NCBI RefSeq assembly: GCF_020852195.1
Contig: NZ_JADZBI010000137.1
Span: forward strand, 3,433-67,432
Direction of reading: 5' to 3'
Length of the DNA stretch: 64,000 nucleotides
Source of the DNA: Hyphomicrobium sp.
GTDB taxonomy: Bacteria; Pseudomonadota; Alphaproteobacteria; Rhizobiales; Hyphomicrobiaceae
Below the pieces are notes generated by a model, which worked only from the letters and a program-made list of their open reading frames with translations, was not told the DNA's origin and searched no databases. Position 1 is the first letter of the stretch, and the number at the start of each line of letters is the position of its first letter. Position numbers and translations under genes: made by a program. Shown piece after piece: positions 18,997-28,046 of the stretch.

Positions 18997-20553
18997 ATGA
19001 CCACCACCGGCAACGACGGCGACCGCGTCGTCATCTTCGACACCACCTTGCGCGACGGCGAGCAGTGCCCCGGCGCCACCATGACCTTCGAGGAGAAGCT
19101 CGAGGTCGCCGACTGCCTCGACCAGATGGGCGTCGACATCATCGAGGCGGGCTTCCCGATCGCCTCCGAGGGCGACTTCGAGGCCGTGTCCGCCATCGCC
19201 AAGCGCGTCAAGCGGGCGACGGTCGCCGGCCTCGCACGCGCCATCAACGCCGACATCGACCGGGCCGGCGAGGCCGTGCGCCATGCTCAGCGCGGCCGCA
19301 TCCATACCTTCGTCTCGACCTCGCCCATCCACCTCGCGCATCAGATGCGCAAGAGCGAGGCCGAGGTGCTCGAGATCATCACGGCGACGGTGACGCGGGC
19401 GCGTAACCTGGTCGAGGACGTCGAGTGGAGCGCGATGGACGCGACGCGCACCGGCATCGACTACCTCTGCCAGTGCGTGGAGGCGGCCATCCGCGCCGGT
19501 GCCACCACCATCAATCTGCCGGACACCGTGGGCTATGCGACGCCCGAGGAATACTACGAGATGTTCCGGGCCGTGCGGGAACGCGTGCCGGACGCGGACA
19601 AGGCAGTGTTCTCGACGCACTGCCACAACGACCTGGGGCTCGCGGTCGCGAACTCGCTCGCGGCGCTGAAGGCAGGCGCGCGGCAGATCGAGTGCACGAT
19701 CAACGGCATCGGCGAGCGGGCGGGCAACGCGGCGCTGGAAGAGGTCGTGATGGCCGTGCGCACGCGCGGCGACGTGCTCCCCTACCGCACGGGCATCGAG
19801 ACGACGATGCTGGCGCGCGCCTCCAAGCTCGTCTCGGCGGTGACGAACTTCCCGGTGCAGTACAACAAGGCCATCGTCGGGCGGAACGCGTTCGCGCACG
19901 AGAGCGGCATCCACCAGGACGGCATCCTCAAGCACCAGCAGACCTACGAGATCATGACGCCGGAATCGGTCGGCGTCGGCAAGACATCGCTGGTCATGGG
20001 CAAGCACTCGGGGCGCAACGCGTTCCGCACCAAGCTCAAGGAGCTCGGCTACGACCTCGGCGAGAACGCGTTCGAGGACGCGTTCAACCGCTTCAAGGCG
20101 CTGGCCGACCGCAAGAAGCACGTTTACGACGAGGACATCGAGGCGCTCGTGGACGAGGGGATCGCGCACGCGCACGACCGCATGAAGGTGATGGCGCTGC
20201 AGGTGATCGCCGGGACCAGCGGGCCGCAGTCGGCGACGCTGACGCTCGACATCGACGGGGCGCAGCAGACGGTGCATGCCAACGGCAACGGTCCGGTGGA
20301 TGCCATCTTCGCCGCGATCCATCGGCTGGTGCCGCATACGGCCAAGCTCGAGCTCTATCAGGTGCACGCCGTCACCGAGGGCACCGACGCGCAGGCCGAG
20401 GTCTCTGTCCGCCTTGCCGAGGACGGGCGCGTGGTGACCGGCCGCGGCGCCGATACGGACACCATGGTGGCCTCCGCGCGGGCTTACGTGGCGGCCCTCA
20501 ACAAGCTGATGCTCAAGCGGCAGAAGACGGCGAAGGCCGAGCAGATCGGCTGA
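18997..20553 (+). CDS. leuA: 2-isopropylmalate synthase
   Basis: [31 protein letters not shown] and [11 protein letters not shown], plus the C-terminal regulatory domain (GNGPVDA). Confidence 0.97.
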   Translation: MTTTGNDGDRVVIFDTTLRDGEQCPGATMTFEEKLEVADCLDQMGVDIIEAGFPIASEGDFEAVSAIAKRVKRATVAGLARAINADIDRAGEAVRHAQRGRIHTFVSTSPIHLAHQMRKSEAEVLEIITATVTRARNLVEDVEWSAMDATRTGIDYLCQCVEAAIRAGATTINLPDTVGYATPEEYYEMFRAVRERVPDADKAVFSTHCHNDLGLAVANSLAALKAGARQIECTINGIGERAGNAALEEVVMAVRTRGDVLPYRTGIETTMLARASKLVSAVTNFPVQYNKAIVGRNAFAHESGIHQDGILKHQQTYEIMTPESVGVGKTSLVMGKHSGRNAFRTKLKELGYDLGENAFEDAFNRFKALADRKKHVYDEDIEALVDEGIAHAHDRMKVMALQVIAGTSGPQSATLTLDIDGAQQTVHANGNGPVDAIFAAIHRLVPHTAKLELYQVHAVTEGTDAQAEVSVRLAEDGRVVTGRGADTDTMVASARAYVAALNKLMLKRQKTAKAEQIG

Positions 20554-20697
20554 GCGGCCGCCTGTCCCCAGCGGCCGACAGCCCTGTCCCTATTCCGGGT
20601 CATATCCGACTGGACAAGGGGGTTGGCTGGTGTTAGACGAACCGGCGTTGGGGCCCTAGAGCACTCGTTCGGGGCCCCTTCGCCGTCTTCCGGCAGC

Positions 20698-20773
<76 letters not shown>

Positions 20774-20859
20774 ATTTCAATGGTTTAGCCGCTCGTCGTC
20801 TCGCGCTCCGACCCGTCTCGTCGTGCCTAGGGGTGCGCTTGTTTTTTTGCGATACCCCG

Positions 20860-21825
20860 TCACGTTTTAGGGCAACTGACCGAGGTGCCCTTGCTGATGT
20901 CGTCGACTGCGCGCGCAACTGCAGCCGACCATGCGGCGACGTTGAATCCTTGCGGGTCGTCGCGACGCAAGGCGCCGTCAATATGAGCGTGGAAGGCCGG
21001 AATGAGCCAGCGCCCGGCCCATACGCTGGAAACGATGTAAAGCAGCGCGGAGCGCTGCATCTGCGCATCGGTGTAGGCAGGGGTTGGCGTAACGGGGAAG
21101 TATGAATCGTTCGGCTTTTTGGCCGGCGTCGAGCGGGGCATTACATGCTCGACATGGATGAAAAGCGGCTTGACCTCGGGGAAGCAAACCTCGAGCCGCA
21201 TGGCATCCTTGGGCCTTGCGTCGTTCAACGGCACGAAGGGTGTCGACGATCCCGCCCTGTTGACCATGAAGCTGATCTTGTCCTCGAAATAGCTCCACTT
21301 GGGCCTCGCATTGTATGGCCAGACCGCGGAGTTGATCGTGTCCATATCGAAGCTCGTCGGCGTCTTGCCGCGAAACAGCGCTAACGCCGTGTCGTGGAGA
21401 ACGAAATAGCGCGCCGCCGGTGCATCCGCGGCCCGCGCCTCCGTCTTGTAGGCGCTGCCGAGCTCTGCAGCGGGAATTCGGCAGCGTTCTGCGTAGGCGG
21501 CGACCTCGGCGGGACGTACGGTCGTCGGAGTGCCGATCAACTTATCGAGCGGCGCCGGCAGTTGCGTCATGGGCCTTCCCACCGTGCCCCCGACCTTAAG
21601 CTCACGGAGCAGGCACCGGGCCTGCTGAGCAGGCGTACCCTCGAAGGCCCGATTGTCGCGGCTGAACTTGCACGGGCCTCCCTGCCGTGCAACCACACAC
21701 TTGTCCTCTGCCTGAGCCGGAGCAGGCTGAGTAGCGATACCCGCCAGGATATTGCTTGCAACACCAACGGCGGCAACGAAAGTCTGCGCCTGGGCAATCG
21801 GAAAAAATATGAACCGGCGGATCAT
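20860..21825 (-). CDS. Secreted protein with a putative zinc amidase (Amidase_2-like) domain
   Basis: Signal peptide and Cys-containing N-terminal region, then YFVLHDT, HVE and AFH-x9-DDP, spaced like AmpD/T7-lysozyme zinc ligands. GGAGG RBS before ATG 21825. Confidence 0.55.
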   Translation of the reverse strand: MIRRFIFFPIAQAQTFVAAVGVASNILAGIATQPAPAQAEDKCVVARQGGPCKFSRDNRAFEGTPAQQARCLLRELKVGGTVGRPMTQLPAPLDKLIGTPTTVRPAEVAAYAERCRIPAAELGSAYKTEARAADAPAARYFVLHDTALALFRGKTPTSFDMDTINSAVWPYNARPKWSYFEDKISFMVNRAGSSTPFVPLNDARPKDAMRLEVCFPEVKPLFIHVEHVMPRSTPAKKPNDSYFPVTPTPAYTDAQMQRSALLYIVSSVWAGRWLIPAFHAHIDGALRRDDPQGFNVAAWSAAVARAVDDISKGTSVSCPKT

Positions 21826-21933
21826 GGCCGCCTCCGGAAAATGGACGCTCAATCTCGTTCGAGGATGTCACGCCGTCAGGACGCGAGCAAGCGCGGCAAC
21901 GCTCGAAAGAATTGGCGACTGAATTGAGGGCTT

Positions 21934-22785
21934 TCAGCGGACACGGGCCGCGGCCTGCCCGCCCTCGACGGCGTCGCGCGTGATCGGGAGCACGAACGGT
22001 GTGTTCGCCGGGGTCGTGTTGGCGTCGATCTCGCATCCGAAGGTGCGCGACAAGAGATCGTTGCGGACGATCTCTGCGGGCGGACCGCACGCGATCAGGC
22101 GGCCGTCGCGCAGGAGCGCCAGAAGATCGCAATAGCCGGCCGCGAGATTGATATCGTGCAGGACGGCGAGCACAGCCGCGCCCTCTGCTGCGATCTCGCG
22201 TATGGCGCTCAGCACCAGTCGCTGGTGGCCGATGTCGAGGTTCGAGGTCGGCTCATCCACCAGCAGAAGAGGAGTCTCGCCGGGGCGGCGGGGCGCGGTC
22301 TCGATCTGGCAGATGGCGCGAGCGATGTGGACGCGCTGGCGCTCGCCACCGGAGAGCTCCGTGTATCTCCGCTCCGCAAGCTCGATCAGCCCGACGCGCT
22401 TCAAGGCACGCTCCGCTGCCGCCACGGCGTCGCGCGCGTGACCGAATCCCGGAACGGAGGCCCCGAGAAGCACGACCTCGAGTGCGGTGAAGGGGAAGGT
22501 GAGCTGGGACGACTGAGGTACGACGGCGCGACGCCGCGCAAGAAGTGCGGGCTCGGCGCGCGCGATCGGCACACCGTCGAAGAGAATGCGTCCCGATGTC
22601 GGCTCGAGCTCGCCGGACACGAGCTTCAGAAACGTGGATTTGCCCGCGCCGTTGGGGCCGAGAATGCCCATCACCTGGCCGGCACGGACCGCAAGGTGCA
22701 CGCCCTCGACGAGGCGCGCACCGCCGACCTCGAAACTCACGCCATCAGCTTCGATTGCCGGTGCCGGCGCGCTAGCCATGGACAC
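21934..22785 (-). CDS. hmuV: Heme ABC transporter ATP-binding protein
   Basis: GPNGAGKST, LSGGERQRV, DEPT, VLHDINLA; RAVVPQSSQLTFPFT is HmuV-typical. Confidence 0.9.
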   Translation of the reverse strand: MSMASAPAPAIEADGVSFEVGGARLVEGVHLAVRAGQVMGILGPNGAGKSTFLKLVSGELEPTSGRILFDGVPIARAEPALLARRRAVVPQSSQLTFPFTALEVVLLGASVPGFGHARDAVAAAERALKRVGLIELAERRYTELSGGERQRVHIARAICQIETAPRRPGETPLLLVDEPTSNLDIGHQRLVLSAIREIAAEGAAVLAVLHDINLAAGYCDLLALLRDGRLIACGPPAEIVRNDLLSRTFGCEIDANTTPANTPFVLPITRDAVEGGQAAARVR

Positions 22786-23857
22786 CTCGGCGCAAGACGA
22801 GATGCAGGAAGAACGGCGCGCCGATCAAGGCCGTGACGATCCCGAGCGGCAGCTCCGCCGGCGCCACGGCCATGCGAGCGACGATGTCGGCCGCGAGCCC
22901 GAGCGTTGCGCCAAGCATGGCGCTCGCCGGTAGCAGAAAGCGATGGTCCGGCCCTGCGGCCAAGCGCACGATATGCGGCGTCACGATGCCGACGAAGCCC
23001 ACGATGCCGGCGACGGCGACCGCGGCGCCAACCGCCGCGGCGGTGGCCAGCATGATCAGAAGTTTGGCGCGCCGTACATCGATACCGAGATGAAAGGCCT
23101 CGGCCTCGCCCAGCAGCAGGCCGTTCAGGTCCCGCACCAGGCGCGGCAGCAGGATCAGAAGCAGCGCCATGAACGGCAGCGCGCCGATGACCTTGGTCCA
23201 GCTCGCGCCGGCAAGGCTTCCAAGAGTCCACAGCGTCAGGTCGCGCAGGGCGCGGTCGTCGGAGAGATAGGCGGCGACGCCCATCAACGCCTGCGTCAGC
23301 GCGGCGATGGCAACGCCGGCCAGCAGCAACGTGGCGGTCGATACGCCTCGCTTGCCACTCGTCATGCCGATCAGTACCGCGGTCGCCGCCAGTCCGCCGA
23401 CGAACGCGGCTATAGGCACCGCGTGCACGCCGAGAGCCTCCTTCAAGGCCGGAGCGTGCGTCTCGCCGAAGGCAATCAGCGCGACGGCCGCCAGTGCCGC
23501 GCCTGACGACACACCGATCAACCCGGGGTCCGCGAGAGGATTGCGGAACAGACCCTGCATCATAGCGCCCGCGATCGCCAATGACGCGCCGACATAGATC
23601 GCAAGCAGCGTCCTGGGCAGGCGAATGTCGAGCAGCACGAGCGCCTCATGGCCGTCCGTCTTGGCGGAATAGCCCACGAGCTCCGCGAGCACGCGCGGCA
23701 AGGCCAGCAGCGTCGTGCCGCTCGGTCCGACGGAGAGCGACAACAGGGCCGCAAGTGCGAGTATCAACGCAAGTACGAGGAGCTGACGCGAGGTGCGAAC
23801 GCGGCGGCGCATCGTGGCGTCCGCGGCGGTCTCCCCGGCCGGCGCAACCTTCAGCAT
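22772..23857 (-). CDS. hmuU: Heme ABC transporter permease (FecCD family)
   Basis: IRLPR, FRNPLADPGLIGVSSGA, GIVGFVGIVTPH and ELPLGIVTALIGAPFF. Confidence 0.9.
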   Translation of the reverse strand: MLKVAPAGETAADATMRRRVRTSRQLLVLALILALAALLSLSVGPSGTTLLALPRVLAELVGYSAKTDGHEALVLLDIRLPRTLLAIYVGASLAIAGAMMQGLFRNPLADPGLIGVSSGAALAAVALIAFGETHAPALKEALGVHAVPIAAFVGGLAATAVLIGMTSGKRGVSTATLLLAGVAIAALTQALMGVAAYLSDDRALRDLTLWTLGSLAGASWTKVIGALPFMALLLILLPRLVRDLNGLLLGEAEAFHLGIDVRRAKLLIMLATAAAVGAAVAVAGIVGFVGIVTPHIVRLAAGPDHRFLLPASAMLGATLGLAADIVARMAVAPAELPLGIVTALIGAPFFLHLVLRRGVHG

Positions 23858-23861
23858 GGGC

Positions 23862-24794
23862 CTAGTTGATCCGGCGTGCGTTGGCGGTCTCTGGATAGAA
23901 GATCTGCATCAGCTCGCGTGCGGCCTTGGGAGCGCGTGGACCGAACTGGAGCATCAGGCTGCCGTCGAACTCGACGATGCGGCCGTTCTTGGCGGCCGGC
24001 GTGGCAGCAAGCCCCTCGATGGCGGCGATCTCGGCGGCCACGGAGCCGCTCGCGTCCGCAGTGCGATGCCCGCCCCCCCTTTGCATGACGACGATCACGT
24101 CCGGAGCGAGCGTCAGCGCCGCTTCCCCGGAAAGCGGCTTATAGCCCTCGAACCCGCTCATGATGTTCTCGGCGCCAGCAAGGCCAAGCATCGCGTCGGC
24201 TGCGGTGTTCCGACCTCCGGCGAGCGCGCGACCGCTCTGCACGGAAAGCAGGAACAGAGCTTTCACGGGTTTCGTGATTTGAGCGCGCGTCTGGGCGGCA
24301 GCCTCAAAGTCCTTGCGGATCCGCGCCGCCAGAGCTTCCCCCGCCGCCTCCTTGCCGACCAGCTTCGCCACCTGATGCACCTTCTGCGCAACGCCTTCGG
24401 GCGTGTCCGGCGCCTCGACCGTGACGAATGGCGCCGATGACGCCTTGAGCGCCGCGACGACCTCCGGCGGCCCGGACTTGTCGGTGGCGAGGATCAATGT
24501 GGGTCCGATCGACAGCACGCCTTCCGACGAGAGCGCGCGCATGTAGCCGACGCTCTTCTTCTGAGAGACGCCCGGCTGGGGAAACACGCTCGTCGTATCG
24601 ACCGCGACCACGTTGTCGCCGAGACCGAGCTCGTAGAGGATCTCCGTCACGTCACCGCCGACCGAAACGATGCGCGACGTGTCGTAGGTCTTGCCCTCTC
24701 CGGCATGCCCTGCCGTCGCCATGGCGCCCGCGAGGGCGATCAGGACCAACGCGCGCGCAATTGAACGCGCGCGTGCCTTCGAGCTGACGAACAT
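23862..24794 (-). CDS. hmuT: Heme ABC transporter periplasmic binding protein
   Basis: RIVSVGGDVTEI, VGYMRALSSEG (Tyr heme ligand) and FGPR. AAGGAG RBS before ATG 24794. Confidence 0.9.
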   Translation of the reverse strand: MFVSSKARARSIARALVLIALAGAMATAGHAGEGKTYDTSRIVSVGGDVTEILYELGLGDNVVAVDTTSVFPQPGVSQKKSVGYMRALSSEGVLSIGPTLILATDKSGPPEVVAALKASSAPFVTVEAPDTPEGVAQKVHQVAKLVGKEAAGEALAARIRKDFEAAAQTRAQITKPVKALFLLSVQSGRALAGGRNTAADAMLGLAGAENIMSGFEGYKPLSGEAALTLAPDVIVVMQRGGGHRTADASGSVAAEIAAIEGLAATPAAKNGRIVEFDGSLMLQFGPRAPKAARELMQIFYPETANARRIN

Positions 24795-24922
24795 CGCACA
24801 TCTCCTTGCCTTGTGGACCCGCCCGAGCCTGGCGTGGGGGCCGGCGCCAACGGCCATTTGCCGGGCATCTGCACAAAGCCCTCCGGCTTGCGGACAGATG
24901 CGTTCCATCGGCAAAACTCTGG

Positions 24923-24960
24923 ATTGCAATTGAATCGCATTATTGACGTTCACAATCAAT
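24923..24960. promoter_or_regulatory. Putative iron-regulator operators in the hmuT/hmuQ divergent promoter
   Basis: ATTGA-N9-TCAAT (24942-24960) matches the TGA-N9-TCA IRO pattern. The adjacent TGCAA-N5-TCGCA (24925-24939) is an imperfect palindrome. The region is AT-rich. Confidence 0.55.
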
Positions 24961-25237
24961 ATTTATATTTCTGCCGCATCCGGATACGCGATGGCAAGCT
25001 CGGCAGAAGGCCAGCGTCTTTCGGCATCGACAGCCATGACGCGCTTCGCGAACTCCGGCATTGTCGCCCAATTCAACGTTCACAATTGCCGGCATACGCT
25101 CAGCGGCACGCTCCGGAGCCCAACCAACCCGCTGATCGATTTCAATAGAAGGATCGTTGAAGCCTGTCGGTGGCGGCCTCAGAATTGAGGTGCGGTCGTT
25201 CGTCTGGCCACGAGGCCCAAGAAAGGAGATTGCGTCC

Positions 25238-25576
25238 ATGTTCATCGCCATGAACCGCTTCAAGGTCATCAAAGGCGCCGAGAAGGACTTCGAGCACGTG
25301 TGGCTGTCTCGCGAGACGCATCTCGATGAGGTACCCGGGTTCGTCGAGTTCCACCTTCTGAAAGGACCCGAGCGCGACGATCACGTGCTCTACTCCTCGC
25401 ATACGGTGTGGCGCTCGGTTGCCGATTTCGAGGCGTGGACGAAGTCCGAGCAGTTCCGGAAGGCACACGCGGGCGCCGGCGGACACAAGCCGCTCTATCT
25501 CGGGCATCCCGAGTTCGAAGGCTTCCATGTGCTGCAGACGGTGACCTCCGACGGCCGGCGCACCGCAGCGGAGTGA
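25238..25576 (+). CDS. IsdG/HmuQ-type heme-degrading monooxygenase (ABM family)
   Basis: MFIAMNRFKV, PGFVEFHLLKGP, FEAWTKSEQFRKAH. AAGGAG RBS. Divergent from hmuTUV. Confidence 0.88.
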   Translation: MFIAMNRFKVIKGAEKDFEHVWLSRETHLDEVPGFVEFHLLKGPERDDHVLYSSHTVWRSVADFEAWTKSEQFRKAHAGAGGHKPLYLGHPEFEGFHVLQTVTSDGRRTAAE

Positions 25577-25581
25577 TCGCC

Positions 25582-25686
25582 ATGACGGTCCCCGCCGACA
25601 ACGCGGCCACGCGCCCCGCGCTCGCCAAGAACGCGGACGGCAGCGTCGGCATGCTGGATGCCGTGCGCGACAACTGCGTTTCTTGA
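25582..25686 (+). pseudogene. Possible truncated N-terminal stub of a HutX-like heme carrier
   Basis: 34-codon ORF starting 5 nt after the monooxygenase stop. RPALAKNADG resembles recalled rhizobial HutX N-termini, and hutX often sits at this position. Confidence 0.35.
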
Positions 25687-25856
25687 CGACGTTCTATTTC
25701 CGGTGACTGCCGCAGCTTGCATATTTTTATCTGGTCAGCCTCAGTCCGCGCCGGCTAACTGATGTGCGCGGTCGCGCCTCGTCTCGTTGCGAGACGGTGA
25801 GGCGGCCGTCCTCTGCTTCATGAGTTTCAGCATTTTTCATCCCGCAGGATCTTTCC

Positions 25857-26420
25857 ATGGCCAAGCACAGCGTAAAATTCGATGTCCCCATTCCCTTCTC
25901 CAATATCCCGCCGATCTTCGGCGCCGCCATCAACCACTGGGTCGGAAACATTCAGAACGGAACGTCCGCATTCGCCAAGGGTCTGATCGACGGCCAGGCC
26001 GGGGCGCACTACCAAAGCGGCCGGACGTTCGCTGCCGCCTTGGGTCCGGCGATGGCCAAGACCCAGGGCGTGCGCCATCCGACCGCGACCAGCGCGCGCG
26101 TGCAGATCCCGGCCAGCTCCACGACCTACGGGGGCGAGATGGTGGTCAATGCCAAGGCAGGTGCCGCGGACAAGACGACCATCACCATCGATGGCCAGAC
26201 GCAGGGCTGGTTCGGCAGCACGGTGCGCGAGAACGTCGAGTCGCTCGCCAGTTTTCTGCAGTCGGCATTGCCCGAGATCGACCAGCAGAACCGCACCCAC
26301 TCCTCGGCGGGAGCATCGAGGGACGTGGCGGCGGAGCTCGAGCGCCTTGTTGCGCTCCACAAGTCCGGCGCGCTCAGCGACCAGGAGTTCGCGCAGGCCA
26401 AGCAGAAGATCATCGGCTGA
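25857..26420 (+). CDS. SHOCT domain-containing protein
   Basis: C-terminal DVAAELERLVALHKSGALSDQEFAQAKQKII is a canonical SHOCT motif. Confidence 0.8.
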   Translation: MAKHSVKFDVPIPFSNIPPIFGAAINHWVGNIQNGTSAFAKGLIDGQAGAHYQSGRTFAAALGPAMAKTQGVRHPTATSARVQIPASSTTYGGEMVVNAKAGAADKTTITIDGQTQGWFGSTVRENVESLASFLQSALPEIDQQNRTHSSAGASRDVAAELERLVALHKSGALSDQEFAQAKQKIIG

Positions 26421-26474
26421 TGCGGTTCAATGCGCTCGTTCGCTCGGCCGGGCCGGCTCGGGCCGGGCCATGGC

Positions 26475-26723
26475 CTAGGGCGTCTCGGGCTGAGGCGGCG
26501 GCGCGGCCTTGTTTTCGAGATCAAGGTTGCGGCCGGCAGGCGGATAGGCCGGCTCCTCGGTCGGATCGAGCGGGCCGAACGCGAGAAAGTAGCCGATCAG
26601 AAACACGAACAGCGTGATGGCACCCACCGCTGCCAGGCGGAACATCGAACGGCGCTCGTGTCCCGTGTCGGTGCGGGTTGGCCTCGTGCGCGGATCCCGC
26701 GCCTCGGGGTCTTCGATGCTCAT
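26475..26723 (-). CDS. Small single-pass membrane protein
   Basis: One hydrophobic helix (LAAVGAITLFVFLIGYFLAF), a Pro-rich tail, GGAG RBS and an upstream EcfG-like promoter. Confidence 0.55.
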   Translation of the reverse strand: MSIEDPEARDPRTRPTRTDTGHERRSMFRLAAVGAITLFVFLIGYFLAFGPLDPTEEPAYPPAGRNLDLENKAAPPPQPETP

Positions 26724-26812
26724 GCCCATGCACTCCGTGACAAGCCAATGCCTCTAAAGCGGCGCTTCCGCCGCCTGGTTCCCCCACTACGTCCTGCCCG
26801 TGGCCCGGCCGG

Positions 26813-26837
26813 GGAACGCATGGGCCCATCGTGCGTT
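26813..26837 (+). promoter_or_regulatory. EcfG/RpoE2-type general stress promoter
   Basis: Exact GGAAC-N16-CGTT match upstream of the ORF at 26922. Confidence 0.65.
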
Positions 26838-26921
26838 GGTGGCCAGAGCCCGCGACGCCAAGCGTCAGGGGAGCCCGAGGTTTTTGACCGTCTGGCGACA
26901 GGCGCCAGGGAGTGCGAGGCA

Positions 26922-27155
26922 ATGGACGTTTCCGGATACACGACCGACGATCTCGACATCTTCAGGAGGGTCCTCGATCGGGCCATCGCCGAGGCGGGCG
27001 TCGATATTCCCGTCGAGCTGATGGCGCGGCGGCTGTTCGTGGTCGCCCGCTCGGGCGAGCGCGATCCGGACCGTCTGGTCGCGGCCGTGCTGGGACGCAT
27101 CGCTCATCCGTCGACGCCGCGGGCGCGCTTTTCTCCGCCGCCGCTTCAGACCTAA
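26922..27155 (+). CDS. Small hypothetical protein, 77 aa
   Basis: GAGG RBS. The ...RRLFVVARSGERDPDRL pattern resembles small Rhizobiales proteins. Preceded by an EcfG-type promoter. Confidence 0.6.
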   Translation: MDVSGYTTDDLDIFRRVLDRAIAEAGVDIPVELMARRLFVVARSGERDPDRLVAAVLGRIAHPSTPRARFSPPPLQT

Positions 27156-27192
27156 CCTCGCGTCGAATGCCGCGCCGCCCTACTCGGCTGTC

Positions 27193-27879
27193 CTACTCTG
27201 CGCTCGCGCCAAAGCTCGTGTAGATGAGCTCCATCTGGGGGTCGCGGGCAATGCTGGCCGGCGTTACCAGAGTCTGATCGAGGATGAGCGCGTAGCAGTC
27301 CTTGAAGGACTTCGCGCCCTTGGTCCGGCAGAGGGGATGACTCTTCCAACGCTGCGCGATCAGCTTCTGGGCGGCATCGGTGTCGATGTTGAGGTCGCGC
27401 ACATGCTCCTCGCGCCCGACCGAAATGCCCGGCCCCTCCTTGAACGCCGCGTAGACCAGCTCGCTGCACTAGATCTGGTCGCGCGTCTCATAGAAGTAGT
27501 GGTCATACGGACGGCCCAGGTAGCGACGCGCGCCGGCTATGGCCTGCTTGGCATCCGACTCTGCAAGCGCCTTGAGGCGCTTGATGGTGACGCGGCTTCC
27601 GTTGCCCTTCTTGATCCATTTCTCGAGCGGCACAGTCTGCACCGGGCCAACGGCCTCGATCACGATGGGGCGCCCCCCCTTGTCGATCTCCACGATGCCA
27701 CCGTGCGTGTACTCGCTGCCGGATGCGAGCATGATGGCGTCGCTGGCGCTGGTGATGGTTTTCTGAAAGACGATGTCGCCGGTCTTGAGCGGCGGCAGAT
27801 CCTCGGCGGGTGCAAGCGTGAGGCCGAGCCCGAACAGGGCGAGCACGGCGGCAAGGGCTTGAAATGCAAATCTCATCAT
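27193..27879 (-). pseudogene. YiiX/YebB-like permuted papain-like (NlpC/P60) amidase, interrupted by an in-frame TAG at 27469-27471
   Basis: LKTGDIVFQ, YTHGGIV, IEAVGPV and YLGRPYD precede QI-TAG-CSELV. The frame continues for about 90 codons after the stop. Confidence 0.8.
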
Positions 27880-28046
27880 CGGATCCCGTGTGCGGTCGGA
27901 AGGCGGCGGCATCGTGGCGAACGCGCGGTCGCGAACGTCCTCATTCCTGCGTATCATGCCGGAAGTGATTCAGCGATGCGTTCGTCGGCGCGGTGGGCTG
28001 GAGCGAAGTTTATCCAAAAACCACATGTATTTGGAGCGGCGCTCGC

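Noticed and set aside
24943-25188. Small ORF as a HemP/HmuP regulator
   Set aside because: It lacks the HemP signature (Y.LR.T...KLILTK) and overlaps the putative operator region.
27469-27471. Pyrrolysine recoding of the in-frame TAG
   Set aside because: The expected residue is Tyr (one base away), no pyl genes are in the window, and Pyl is not expected in this lineage.
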